In this document: positions 8,985 to 16,573 of the stretch, in pieces
Numbering within the stretch: the stretch's first letter is position 1
Layout: every line of letters begins with the position of its first letter
Source of the DNA: Dehalococcoidia bacterium
Lineage (GTDB): Bacteria; Chloroflexota; Dehalococcoidia; Lucifugimonadales; VXLM01
Direction: 5' to 3'
Assembly (NCBI GenBank): GCA_965116655.1
Contig: OZ220720.1
Location: 892,338 to 956,337 of the forward strand
DNA length: 64,000 nucleotides
Position numbers and translations under genes: made by a program
The notes under the pieces: generated by a model
Seen by the model: only the letters and a program-made list of their open reading frames with translations
Told to the model about the DNA's origin: nothing
The model's database searches: none

Positions 8985-10109
8985 GTGATCGTCGGAGTAC
9001 CGAAAGAGTCCGCTGAAGGCGAACGGAGGGTCGCGTTGACCCCGAACGCGGTATCCCGGCTCGTGAACGGTGGCGTCGAGGTCATCGTGGAGTCAGGCGC
9101 AGGTGGCGAAGCGTTCTTTTCCGACGAGGAGTACCAAGAGGCGGGCGCGACGACTGCCCGGTCCGCGTACGAGTCCGCCGATTTGGTCGTGGCGATTCGG
9201 AAGCCGGACGACTTGTCATCAATTGCTACCGGGACTGCCCTGGCGGCCGTGATTCAGCCGCTCGTGGATCACGCAGCGGTCAGGTCTCTCGCCGAGGCGG
9301 GCGTGACGAGCTTCAGCATGGATACCATTCCGCGTATCGCGCGGGCACAGAGCATGGACGTTCTGTCGTCGATGGCCTCGCTAGCGGGATACAAGGCTGC
9401 CATCATTGCCGCCGATGCGCTTGGCAAGCTCTTCCCCATGATGATGGCCGCATCGGGGACGACGCCACCCGCGAAGGGCCTAGTGCTCGGCGCGGGCGTG
9501 GCGGGACTGCAGGCCATCGCCACCGCGCGCAGGCTGGGGGCCGTTCTGTCGGGCTACGACGTGCGACCAGTCGTCCGCGAGCAGGTCGAGAGCCTCGGAG
9601 CGACATTCCTCGAGGTCGAGCTTGACGAGGACGCCGAGGACGCAGGCGGCTACGCCCGCGAGCTGTCCGAAGAGGCGCGGCGCAAGGGCCAGGAACTGGT
9701 CCACTCAGCAGTGCAGGAGATGGACTTCGTCATCACCACGGCGGCCATTCCCGGAAGACCGGCTCCGAAACTGATCGACGCCGACATGGTGCGTGACATG
9801 CGGCCGGGAGCGGTGATAGTCGACCTTGCAGCGGAGACCGGCGGGAATTGCGAGCTGACCAGACCCGGCGAAATGGTCGTCGAGAACGGTGTGACCATAG
9901 TCGGGCCGCTGAACCTGCCGAGCTCGATGCCGACTCATGCCAGCCAAATGTACGCTCGCAACATGCTCAACTTCATCAACCACATCGTCAGGGACGGCGA
10001 GATCGTCATCGACGACGAGGACGAGATCACCAAGGGGTGTTTGATTACTCGCGGCGGGGAGGTGATGCATGAGGCGACGGTCGCGGCGATGAAGGCGAAC
10101 GGAGGGTAG
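8985..10109 (+). CDS. pntAA: NAD(P) transhydrogenase subunit alpha part 1
   Basis: 374 aa with a GTG start after GGAGGA: VGVPKESAEGERRVALTPNAVSRLV..G.EV.VESGAG and GLVLGAGVAGLQAIATARRLGA. Confidence 0.92.
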   Translation: MIVGVPKESAEGERRVALTPNAVSRLVNGGVEVIVESGAGGEAFFSDEEYQEAGATTARSAYESADLVVAIRKPDDLSSIATGTALAAVIQPLVDHAAVRSLAEAGVTSFSMDTIPRIARAQSMDVLSSMASLAGYKAAIIAADALGKLFPMMMAASGTTPPAKGLVLGAGVAGLQAIATARRLGAVLSGYDVRPVVREQVESLGATFLEVELDEDAEDAGGYARELSEEARRKGQELVHSAVQEMDFVITTAAIPGRPAPKLIDADMVRDMRPGAVIVDLAAETGGNCELTRPGEMVVENGVTIVGPLNLPSSMPTHASQMYARNMLNFINHIVRDGEIVIDDEDEITKGCLITRGGEVMHEATVAAMKANGG

Positions 10110-10191
10110 TCGGAGGCAGGCAACCACAAGGGTTGCCCCTACGACGCGATCAGACCGCCGTCTGATCCAGTCAGGACTGTTGGAGCTAGAC

Positions 10192-10491
10192 ATGATTGAA
10201 AGCGAACTGCTCATCAAGATATTCATCTTCGTGCTGGCGGTGTTCGTGGGGTTCGACCTGATCACGAAGGTGCCCCCTACCCTGCACACGCCGCTGATGT
10301 CCGGCGCGAACGCTATCTCCGGCATAACGATACTGGGGGCGCTGCTGGTGGCCGGTCGGGGTGACACGACGCTGGCCATCATCCTGGGCTTCCTCGCGGT
10401 GGTGCTGGCGACGATCAACGTGGTCGGCGGGTTCGCGGTGACCGACCGGATGCTCCAGATGTTCAGAAGAGGGCCGACGGAGGACCGCTGA
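10192..10491 (+). CDS. pntAB: NAD(P) transhydrogenase subunit alpha part 2 (membrane)
   Basis: IFIFVLAVFVGFDLITKVPPTLHTPLMSGANAISGITILGALLVAG. I prefer ATG 10192 (GGAG 6 nt upstream) over the track's TTG at 10180. Confidence 0.88.
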   Translation: MIESELLIKIFIFVLAVFVGFDLITKVPPTLHTPLMSGANAISGITILGALLVAGRGDTTLAIILGFLAVVLATINVVGGFAVTDRMLQMFRRGPTEDR

Positions 10492-11888
10492 TGGACGCCA
10501 TCGACTTCCCGATTCTCATCAACGCCATTTACCTGCTGGCGGCAGTCCTCATCTTCCTAGGGCTGAAGCGGCTCGGCTCTCCCGCGACGGCGCGCGAGGG
10601 CAACCGCATAGCCGCGCTGGGAATGCTGATCGCCGTGGTCGTCACGCTGCTCGACCGGGAGATCGTCAGGTTCGAGATCATCGTTGCGGGGATAGTCGTC
10701 GGCGCGGCCATTGGCGGAGTCTTTGCCCGGGCGATTCGCATGACGGCCATGCCTCAGCTCGTGGCGCTGTTCAACGGCTTCGGCGGAGCGGGCTCGGCGG
10801 TCGTGGCGGCGGCGGAATACCTGCGCCTCGCGGACGGCAGCGTGGAGATGCCGCTCGACGTGTCCGTGACGATCATGCTCGGCACGCTGGTGGGGCTGGT
10901 AACCTTCTCAGGGAGCATTATCGCATTTGGGAAGCTCCAAGAGCTTATCGACGGCAAGCCCATCACCTACCCGCTTCAGAAGACCGTCAGCGCAATAGTA
11001 TTCCTCGCCATCGTGGGGGTGATCGTGTACCTCGTGGCGGGAGGCGATCCGGTTGCGTACTACGGGCTGATCGCGCTGTGCCTGATATTGGGATTGCTGT
11101 TGGTGATACCCATCGGCGGGGCTGACATGCCGGTGGTCATCTCGCTGCTGAACTCCTACTCCGGCATAGCCGCAGCGATGGCGGGGTTCGCGCTCGGCAA
11201 CGTGATGCTCATCATCGCGGGGGCGCTCGTCGGGGCGGCGGGGCTGATCCTTACGCAGATCATGATAAAGGCGATGAACCGCTCCCTGGCGAACGTTCTG
11301 TTCGGGGCGTTCGGGGCGGAGGCGTCTGGAAGTATGACGCAGAGCGCTGAGGAGAAGGTCGTCCGAGAGGCGACCGCAGAGGACGCTGCCGTCGCGATGG
11401 CCTACTCCGGGTCGGCGATCCTCGTACCCGGCTACGGACTGGCGGTCGCGCGGGCACAGCACCAGCTCAAGGAAGTGGGCGAGCTTCTCGAAGCGCGGGG
11501 CGTGGACGTGCGGTATGCCATACACCCCGTCGCGGGGAGGATGCCGGGTCACATGAACGTGCTGCTGGCGGAGGCGGACGTGCCCTACGACAAGCTCTAC
11601 GACCTCGACGAGATCAACGACCGGTTCCCCGATACCGACTTCGTGCTGGTTATCGGGGCGAACGACGTGGTCAATCCGGCGGCGCGCGACGAGCAGGGCA
11701 GCCCCATCTACGGGATGCCGATCCTCGAAGTGGACAAGTCGCGGCAGGTGCTCGTGCTCAAGCGGAGCCTGAACCCGGGATTCGCCGGACTGGACAACGA
11801 GCTGTTCTACAAAGAGAACACGATGATGCTCTTCGGGGACGCGCAGGACTCCCTCACGCGGGTTATCGGGGAGATCAAGGAGCTGTAG
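10491..11888 (+). CDS. pntB: NAD(P) transhydrogenase subunit beta
   Basis: 465 aa: an N-terminal polytopic membrane domain and the C-terminal motif YAIHPVAGRMPGHMNVLLAEADVPYD...GANDVVNPAA. A 1-nt overlap with pntAB. Confidence 0.93.
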   Translation: MDAIDFPILINAIYLLAAVLIFLGLKRLGSPATAREGNRIAALGMLIAVVVTLLDREIVRFEIIVAGIVVGAAIGGVFARAIRMTAMPQLVALFNGFGGAGSAVVAAAEYLRLADGSVEMPLDVSVTIMLGTLVGLVTFSGSIIAFGKLQELIDGKPITYPLQKTVSAIVFLAIVGVIVYLVAGGDPVAYYGLIALCLILGLLLVIPIGGADMPVVISLLNSYSGIAAAMAGFALGNVMLIIAGALVGAAGLILTQIMIKAMNRSLANVLFGAFGAEASGSMTQSAEEKVVREATAEDAAVAMAYSGSAILVPGYGLAVARAQHQLKEVGELLEARGVDVRYAIHPVAGRMPGHMNVLLAEADVPYDKLYDLDEINDRFPDTDFVLVIGANDVVNPAARDEQGSPIYGMPILEVDKSRQVLVLKRSLNPGFAGLDNELFYKENTMMLFGDAQDSLTRVIGEIKEL

Positions 11889-11894
11889 GGGGCG

Positions 11895-11928
11895 CCCTCT
11901 CTGTGTCTCTCCCTCGCCGGGGGAGAGG
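11895..11928. repeat. family-A hairpin repeat
   Basis: CCCTCTCTGTGTCTCTCCCTCGCCGGGGGAGAGG lies directly after the pntB stop. Confidence 0.65.
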
Positions 11929-12023
11929 TCAATATTCACCCTCACCCTCTCCCACGACGGGCTGACAGGGGCAGGTATTTGCCTATCGCTCCAATCTCCA
12001 TTGACCACAAAGCAACCCCGCAC

Positions 12024-12162
12024 TGTCATTCTGAGCGCAGCGAAGCGCAGTCGAAGAATCTCAAATGTCTGTCCCAACGTAAAGCTGGCATAGAGTGTTC
12101 TTTCGCCGTTTTCACTTTCGGTCACGAAATAGGTACGGCGCCGGCTGTCCGGTCTTGCGGTT
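12024..12162. repeat. inner TIR unit, truncated copy (left TIR only)
   Basis: TGTCATTCTGAGCGCAGCGAAGCGCAGTCGAAGAATCT... aligns with the copies at 12575, 36877 and 42474 up to ...CGGTCTTGCGGT. Confidence 0.6.
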
Positions 12163-12259
12163 CACGCCAATGAGGTCGGCCGTCTCGCTGGCCGATTTGG
12201 CGAAGACGAGATGGGGGATTGCGAGCACCTGTTTTTCGGAGAGGTCTTTTTTCGGAATT

Positions 12260-12287
12260 TGTGGCATGGTGTTGCATTTTGTGGCAT
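12260..12287. repeat. three octamers at exact 10-bp phase (TGTGGCAT / TGTTGCAT / TGTGGCAT)
   Basis: The octamers start at 12260, 12270 and 12280, followed by the conserved CTCGTTATTGTAAAGTT. The same module recurs at 33289-33345. Confidence 0.7.
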
Positions 12288-12319
12288 TTCCCTCGTTATT
12301 GTAAAGTTTTGCGGTGGGT

Positions 12320-12358
12320 ATTCACCCTCACCCCAGCTCTCTTTCAGGACGGGAGAGG
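12320..12358. repeat. family-B hairpin repeat (TTCACCCTCACCCCAGCCCTCTCCC-loop-GGGAGAGGG type)
   Basis: ATTCACCCTCACCCCAGCTCTCTTTCAGGACGGGAGAGG. Confidence 0.6.
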
Positions 12359-12457
12359 TAGTAGGTTGGATTGCCGCATGTGGGTATGATAGGACGCATG
12401 TTCTGTGCTGTCAAATTGGGGGTAACTGTTCGGAGTTGGTAAGTTGGACCGTGAAGA

Positions 12458-12495
12458 CCCCTTCTCTGTATCTCTCCCCCGGAGGGGGAGAGATT
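12458..12495. repeat. family-A hairpin repeat
   Basis: CCCTTCTCTGTATCTCTCCCCCGGAGGGGGAGAGATT. Confidence 0.65.
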
Positions 12496-12500
12496 GGAAG

Positions 12501-12544
12501 CTTTCACCCTCACCCCAGCCTTCTCCCGCGAACGGGAGAGGAGG
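12501..12544. repeat. family-B hairpin repeat
   Basis: CTTTCACCCTCACCCCAGCCTTCTCCCGCGAACGGGAGAGGAGG. Confidence 0.65.
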
Positions 12545-12574
12545 TCTGCATTGACGAGAGAGTAGATCCGGCGC

Positions 12575-12750
12575 TGTCATTCTGAGCGGAGCGCAGCGGA
12601 GTCGAAGAGTCTCAAGTGTCTGTCATAGCGTAAGGCTGAGATAGGGTGTTCACACGCCATATTCGGCACTTGGTCATGGTACAAGTGGGGCGCCGACTGT
12701 GCGGTCTTGCGGTGAAGGAATTTAGAATCCTCGCTCAGCTCGGAATGACA
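12575..12750. repeat. 176-bp inner TIR unit (MITE-like), complete
   Basis: Left end TGTCATTCTGAGCGGAGCGCAGCGGAGTCGAAGAGTCT and right end AGAATCCTCGCTCAGCTCGGAATGACA are imperfect inverted repeats. Confidence 0.65.
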
Positions 12751-12840
12751 GTGAGGCGGGGCCGGATCGTAGTTGAAAGACCGTTTTACCTACCCCTGTC
12801 AGCCCACGACGGGAGAGGGGATAAAGCAGACTGTCGTGTC

Positions 12841-13659
12841 TCACTCCTGCCGCGAGAAGGACCAGACTCCGGCGAGGAGGAAGACGGAGCCGATTGCGCC
12901 GACGATTATGGCGTCTTCGAGGATGCCCATGCGGTAGCCGAAGAGGGTGACTCCGAGGGTGAAGCCGTCGGCGGTTTCGGCGAGAGGGTTGACGATGTCG
13001 GAGCCGAGGAATACCTGGCGGATGGCGTCGACGCCGTAGCTGAGCGGGTTGACCTTGGCGATCACCTGGAGCCACGTGGGGACGCCGTCGATGGGGAAGA
13101 AGACGCCGGACAGGAAGATGAGGGGGAAGATCATCAGCTGGACGATGAACTGGAAGCCCTGCTGAGAGCGCATCCGCGTGGCGACAAGGATGCCGAGTCC
13201 TGAGAGCGACAGGGACAGGATGAGGACGAGGGGTATCAGCTTGGCGACAAGCAACGGAGTGACGGTGATTCCCACGATGGGAGCTATGACGAGCATGACC
13301 GTCCCCTGCACCACCGCCGTGAAGGAGCCTCCAGCAGCCTTGCCGATGACGATGCCGACCCTGCTCAGGGGAGCTACGAGGACCTCTTTGAGGAAGCCGA
13401 ATTCGCGGTCCCAGACGACGGACATCCCGGCGAAGAGGGAGGACATGACGACGGTCATGGCCAGGATGCCGGGGTACATGAACTGGACGAAGCTGACCTC
13501 GCCGCCTAGGTCTCCGACGATGCGACTGAACCCCGCGCCGAAGACGACGAGGAATGTCAGGGGGAAGGCGAACGACGAGAACAGGCGGGAGCGGTCGGCT
13601 ATGAAGCGCAGTATCTCGCGGTAGGCGACGACCCATATGGCGCGGTAGACCTCCGTCAT
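12841..13659 (-). CDS. ABC-2 type transporter permease
   Basis: 272 aa: YREILRFIADRSRLFSSFAFPLTFLVVFGAGF, VWDREFGFLKEVLVAPLSR, and six TM helices. No ATPase gene is adjacent. Confidence 0.8.
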   Translation of the reverse strand: MTEVYRAIWVVAYREILRFIADRSRLFSSFAFPLTFLVVFGAGFSRIVGDLGGEVSFVQFMYPGILAMTVVMSSLFAGMSVVWDREFGFLKEVLVAPLSRVGIVIGKAAGGSFTAVVQGTVMLVIAPIVGITVTPLLVAKLIPLVLILSLSLSGLGILVATRMRSQQGFQFIVQLMIFPLIFLSGVFFPIDGVPTWLQVIAKVNPLSYGVDAIRQVFLGSDIVNPLAETADGFTLGVTLFGYRMGILEDAIIVGAIGSVFLLAGVWSFSRQE

Positions 13660-14654
13660 AGGATGTCCGCCACCTTCACCGGCGCTCCGGTTCTCGCCGA
13701 CTCATACGCGGCGAGGACGACGGCAAGGTCGTCGAGGGCCTCCTGGCCGTTCATAGCCGGCTCGCGCCCCCCGGCAACCGCCTCGATGAAGTCGCGCATC
13801 ATTGCCTTCATGCCTCGAATTTCAGGCTCAACGGGATAGGAGCGGACGCCCTCCTTGGTCTGGACGGTGACATCGCTGCCGAATACTTCGTACTGTATTC
13901 GTCCCTTTGTGCCGGTCAGGCGCACATCGCGCCTTGAGTCGTGGGGCGTCCAGCCGGCGTATCGAAGGAAGCCGGTCAGGCCGCCGGAGAAGGAGGCGGT
14001 AAGGGCCATGCTGTCCTCGCCCTCGAGGCCGGGAATCATCTTGTGTTCGGGAGCCAGCGCATAGACGCTCTCGGGACTGCCCGCGAGATTTCGCAGGACG
14101 TCCACGTAGTGGATGCCGCCGTCGATCATGCGTCCCCCGCCGCATCGGTCAAGGCTCAAGCGCCATCCCACACAGCCGTCGTCGAGGTTTTCCGACTGAA
14201 TGTCGATGAGGCTGAGGTCGCCGATGGCGCCCTGCGCGATAAGCTCCTTGGCCTTTTCGGTGGCTGGATCGAACCGGAAGTTCTCACCGACCATGAGGGT
14301 CACGCCGGCGCTTTGAGTCGCTTCGATGAGCTTGCGAGACTCTTCGACCGTGCGGGCGATGGGCTTCTCCATGAAGACGTGCTTGCCGTGCCTCGCGGCG
14401 AGCCGGGCGTTGTCGAGGTGGAGGTCATGGGGCGTGATGAAGTACATGGCGTCGACGCGGGGGTCGCCTGCGGCGTCCTCGTAGGAGCCGTAGTAGGCGG
14501 ACCCGCCGTATTGGTCGCAATACTCCCTAGCCTTGTCGATGTCACGGCTGGCGAAGGAGAACTCGATCTCGTCGGTCATGTCGCCGACGTATTCCATGAC
14601 CACGTGGGCGTAGCTTCCGCATCCGACGATGCAGAGGGATAGTCTTTTGTCCAT
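13656..14654 (-). CDS. Gfo/Idh/MocA family oxidoreductase
   Basis: 332 aa: LSLCIVGCGSYAHVVME, HVFMEKPIA and GENFRF. An ATGA overlap with the downstream permease. Confidence 0.8.
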   Translation of the reverse strand: MDKRLSLCIVGCGSYAHVVMEYVGDMTDEIEFSFASRDIDKAREYCDQYGGSAYYGSYEDAAGDPRVDAMYFITPHDLHLDNARLAARHGKHVFMEKPIARTVEESRKLIEATQSAGVTLMVGENFRFDPATEKAKELIAQGAIGDLSLIDIQSENLDDGCVGWRLSLDRCGGGRMIDGGIHYVDVLRNLAGSPESVYALAPEHKMIPGLEGEDSMALTASFSGGLTGFLRYAGWTPHDSRRDVRLTGTKGRIQYEVFGSDVTVQTKEGVRSYPVEPEIRGMKAMMRDFIEAVAGGREPAMNGQEALDDLAVVLAAYESARTGAPVKVADIL

Positions 14655-14790
14655 GTGTGTTTGATTGCCTCCGGGTGCATACGATAGCAGACGGAGGGAG
14701 GGGATAGAAAGTAGAAAGAAGATTGTATTGTGTAGTGAGTCGAGGGTTGGTCGCGGAGGGTATGGAGAGAGAAGGGGTGTGATTTAGCCC

Positions 14791-14815
14791 GACATTTCCT
14801 GACATATTCCGACAT
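14791..14815. repeat. three GACAT-containing decamers at exact 10-bp phase
   Basis: CCGACATTTC CTGACATATT CCGACAT, with GACAT at 14791, 14801 and 14811. The cluster lies about 140 nt upstream of the minus-strand oxidoreductase start. Confidence 0.5.
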
Positions 14816-14859
14816 CTGCTTTTTCGGGACAGAAGGAGAGGTGAAAGTCAGGACAAGGG

Positions 14860-16092
14860 CTAGTCCGGCTGTTCAAGGCCGAATGTCATGTGAAGGGCAC
14901 GGGCGGCTTGGCCCACACGATCTGCATCGACTACGCAGGTAATGCGGATCTCCGAGGTGGTTATCATCTCGATGTTGATGCCCTCGTCGGCGAGGGCGCG
15001 GAACATTCGACTGGCGTAACCGGGCGTGTTCTGCATGGCTGCCCCGACGACGCTGACCTTGGCGAGATTGTCCGTCCTGATCACGTCGTTCGCACCAATC
15101 AAGTAGGCAACGGTGCGGACGATTTCCAAGGCGCGGTCGGCATCGTCGCCGCTCACCGTGAAGGCGAGGTCGGTCGTATCCCTGATGGATGCGTTTTGCA
15201 CGACGATATCGACGCTGATGTCGGCGTCCGCGAGGGGTTCGAGGAGGCTTGCGGAGATTCCGGGCCGGTCTACCATGCCGGTTACCGTGATCTTAGCGAC
15301 GTTGCGATCCGTGGCGACTGCGCGCGCCCTGTTGCGAATCTCCCCTACCCTCGGTTCCATATCGGCCCCCTTGTGAATGAGTGTTCCCGGCGCATCGACG
15401 AAGCTGGACGCCACCATGATCGGCACGTGGTACTGCATGGCGAGCTCGATGGAGCGCGGCTGCATCTTTGCGCCCAAACTGGCCATTTCGAGCATCTCTT
15501 CGTAGCCGACTTCCTCCAGCTTGCGCGCGTTCGGAACGTGCCTCGGATCGGCAGTGTAGATACCCTCGACATCGGTGTAGACATCACAGCGGTCGGCGCC
15601 GATCGCAGCAGCGATGGCGACCGCCGAGAGGTCGGAAGCTCCCCTGCCGAGGGTGGTGACATCCATGTCCTCCGTGATTCCCTGAAAGCCCGCAACGACC
15701 ACGACACGTCCGTCTTGAAGTTCGCCCTGGATGCGTCCGGCCTCGACCGCGGCGATGCGGGCCTTGCCGTAGCGCGAGTCGGTGCGGATGCCCGCCTGCG
15801 CGCCACTGAGGCTCACAGCGTCGAGTCCGAGCGACTTGAGTGCAATCGCGACGAGGGTGCAGCTCATCTGCTCGCCCGTCGACAGGAGCGCGTCCAGCTC
15901 CCGCGACTCAGGCCTGCTCGACACCTCGCCGGCCAGGTCGATGAGCCTGTCGGTCGTGTCGCCCATTGCGGAGACGACGGCGACCACCCGGTCACCGCCA
16001 TGACACGCGGACGCGATGCGCCGCGCCACGTTTTTGATTTTCTCAGCGTCTGCGACGGACGTTCCGCCGTATTTTTGTATGATCGTTGCCAT
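14860..16092 (-). CDS. lysC: aspartate kinase with tandem ACT domains
   Basis: 410 aa: MATIIQKYGGTSVADAEKIKNVARRI, VVVSAMGDTTD, and C-terminal ACT repeats. Confidence 0.93.
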   Translation of the reverse strand: MATIIQKYGGTSVADAEKIKNVARRIASACHGGDRVVAVVSAMGDTTDRLIDLAGEVSSRPESRELDALLSTGEQMSCTLVAIALKSLGLDAVSLSGAQAGIRTDSRYGKARIAAVEAGRIQGELQDGRVVVVAGFQGITEDMDVTTLGRGASDLSAVAIAAAIGADRCDVYTDVEGIYTADPRHVPNARKLEEVGYEEMLEMASLGAKMQPRSIELAMQYHVPIMVASSFVDAPGTLIHKGADMEPRVGEIRNRARAVATDRNVAKITVTGMVDRPGISASLLEPLADADISVDIVVQNASIRDTTDLAFTVSGDDADRALEIVRTVAYLIGANDVIRTDNLAKVSVVGAAMQNTPGYASRMFRALADEGINIEMITTSEIRITCVVDADRVGQAARALHMTFGLEQPD

Positions 16093-16303
16093 TGTGAGTG
16101 CAGGCGTCGGGTTTTCAGTAGGTTGTTACGACCGCCATACCAGTTTACCGCTTCCAGCGGCGATTACAAAATTGGGGCTCGTGGCGCTTGGGAGAGTCTT
16201 GATTCACCGCCGAGGTCGCGGAGGGCGCAGAGAGAAAACGGCGATTTTCTGAGGGAGTGACGAGGTGGATTGGGCTGAGTGGCCTCTGTTTCAGGGCAAG
16301 GAC

Positions 16304-16343
16304 TTTAGATTCCTCACTGCGCTCCGCTCCGTTCGGAATGACA
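16304..16343. repeat. solo right TIR of the inner unit
   Basis: TTTAGATTCCTCACTGCGCTCCGCTCCGTTCGGAATGACA has no matching left TIR nearby. Confidence 0.55.
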
Positions 16344-16573
16344 GGTGCTGGGTTTCAACAAGTGTCTGCTAAAGTGGAGGTGACGAGTGAGGATCCGAGG
16401 CGTTTGACGTGACTATCTCGGTCTGGTATCGTCATCCCGATGCTCCGGAGGGAGCCCCCGAGTCCGCGGAAAGGCCTGAGGCCACCTCATCGCTTAGCCG
16501 ATTAAGCTGTCGATCACTCGACGCTCTTTCTGCCTGATGCACGCGGACCACAGGCGAGAGGAAGGAGTGTCTC

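Larger units (their letters stand above)
11962..12802. mobile_element. 841-bp composite non-autonomous element with CTGAC... inverted termini and an 11-bp target duplication
   Basis: The left end CTGACAGGGGCAGGTA and right end TACCTACCCCTGTCAG are inverted repeats. They are flanked by the identical CCCACGACGGG at 11951-11961 and 12803-12813. No transposase ORF is present. Confidence 0.6.

Noticed and set aside
12211-12585. ORFs inside the repeat clusters: 11979..12173, 12211..12585, 12328..12513, 36602..36994, 45721..45945 and 40748..41014.
   Set aside because: Their translations are just the repeat consensus peptides (HSERSEAQSKNL, SPLPRTGEE, PFDRLRVNG-type), which recur wherever the repeats occur. 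They are not independent genes.
11890-12840. Possible CRISPR array, because of many short repeats in one spacer region.
   Set aside because: The repeats belong to different families, are palindromic hairpins, and lack constant repeat length and regular repeat-spacer periodicity. No cas genes are present in the window.
14890-16260. Long ORFs antisense to real genes, for example 14890..16260 (+), 10908..12125 (-), 23508..24779 (+), 31702..33285 (+), 39252..40145 (-), 47599..48636 (-), 60821..62086 (+) and 62061..63014 (-).
   Set aside because: They are Arg/Pro/Gly/His-rich low-complexity translations typical of the reverse or shifted frames of high-GC genes. Each is fully covered by a gene with clear family motifs on the other strand or frame.
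16093-16300. Lysine riboswitch (L-box) in the lysC leader.
   Set aside because: Reading the minus strand, I could not find the conserved L-box core elements or the five-helix layout. I saw only a small hairpin (CCGCTGGAAGCGG). A covariance-model scan would be needed to exclude it fully.
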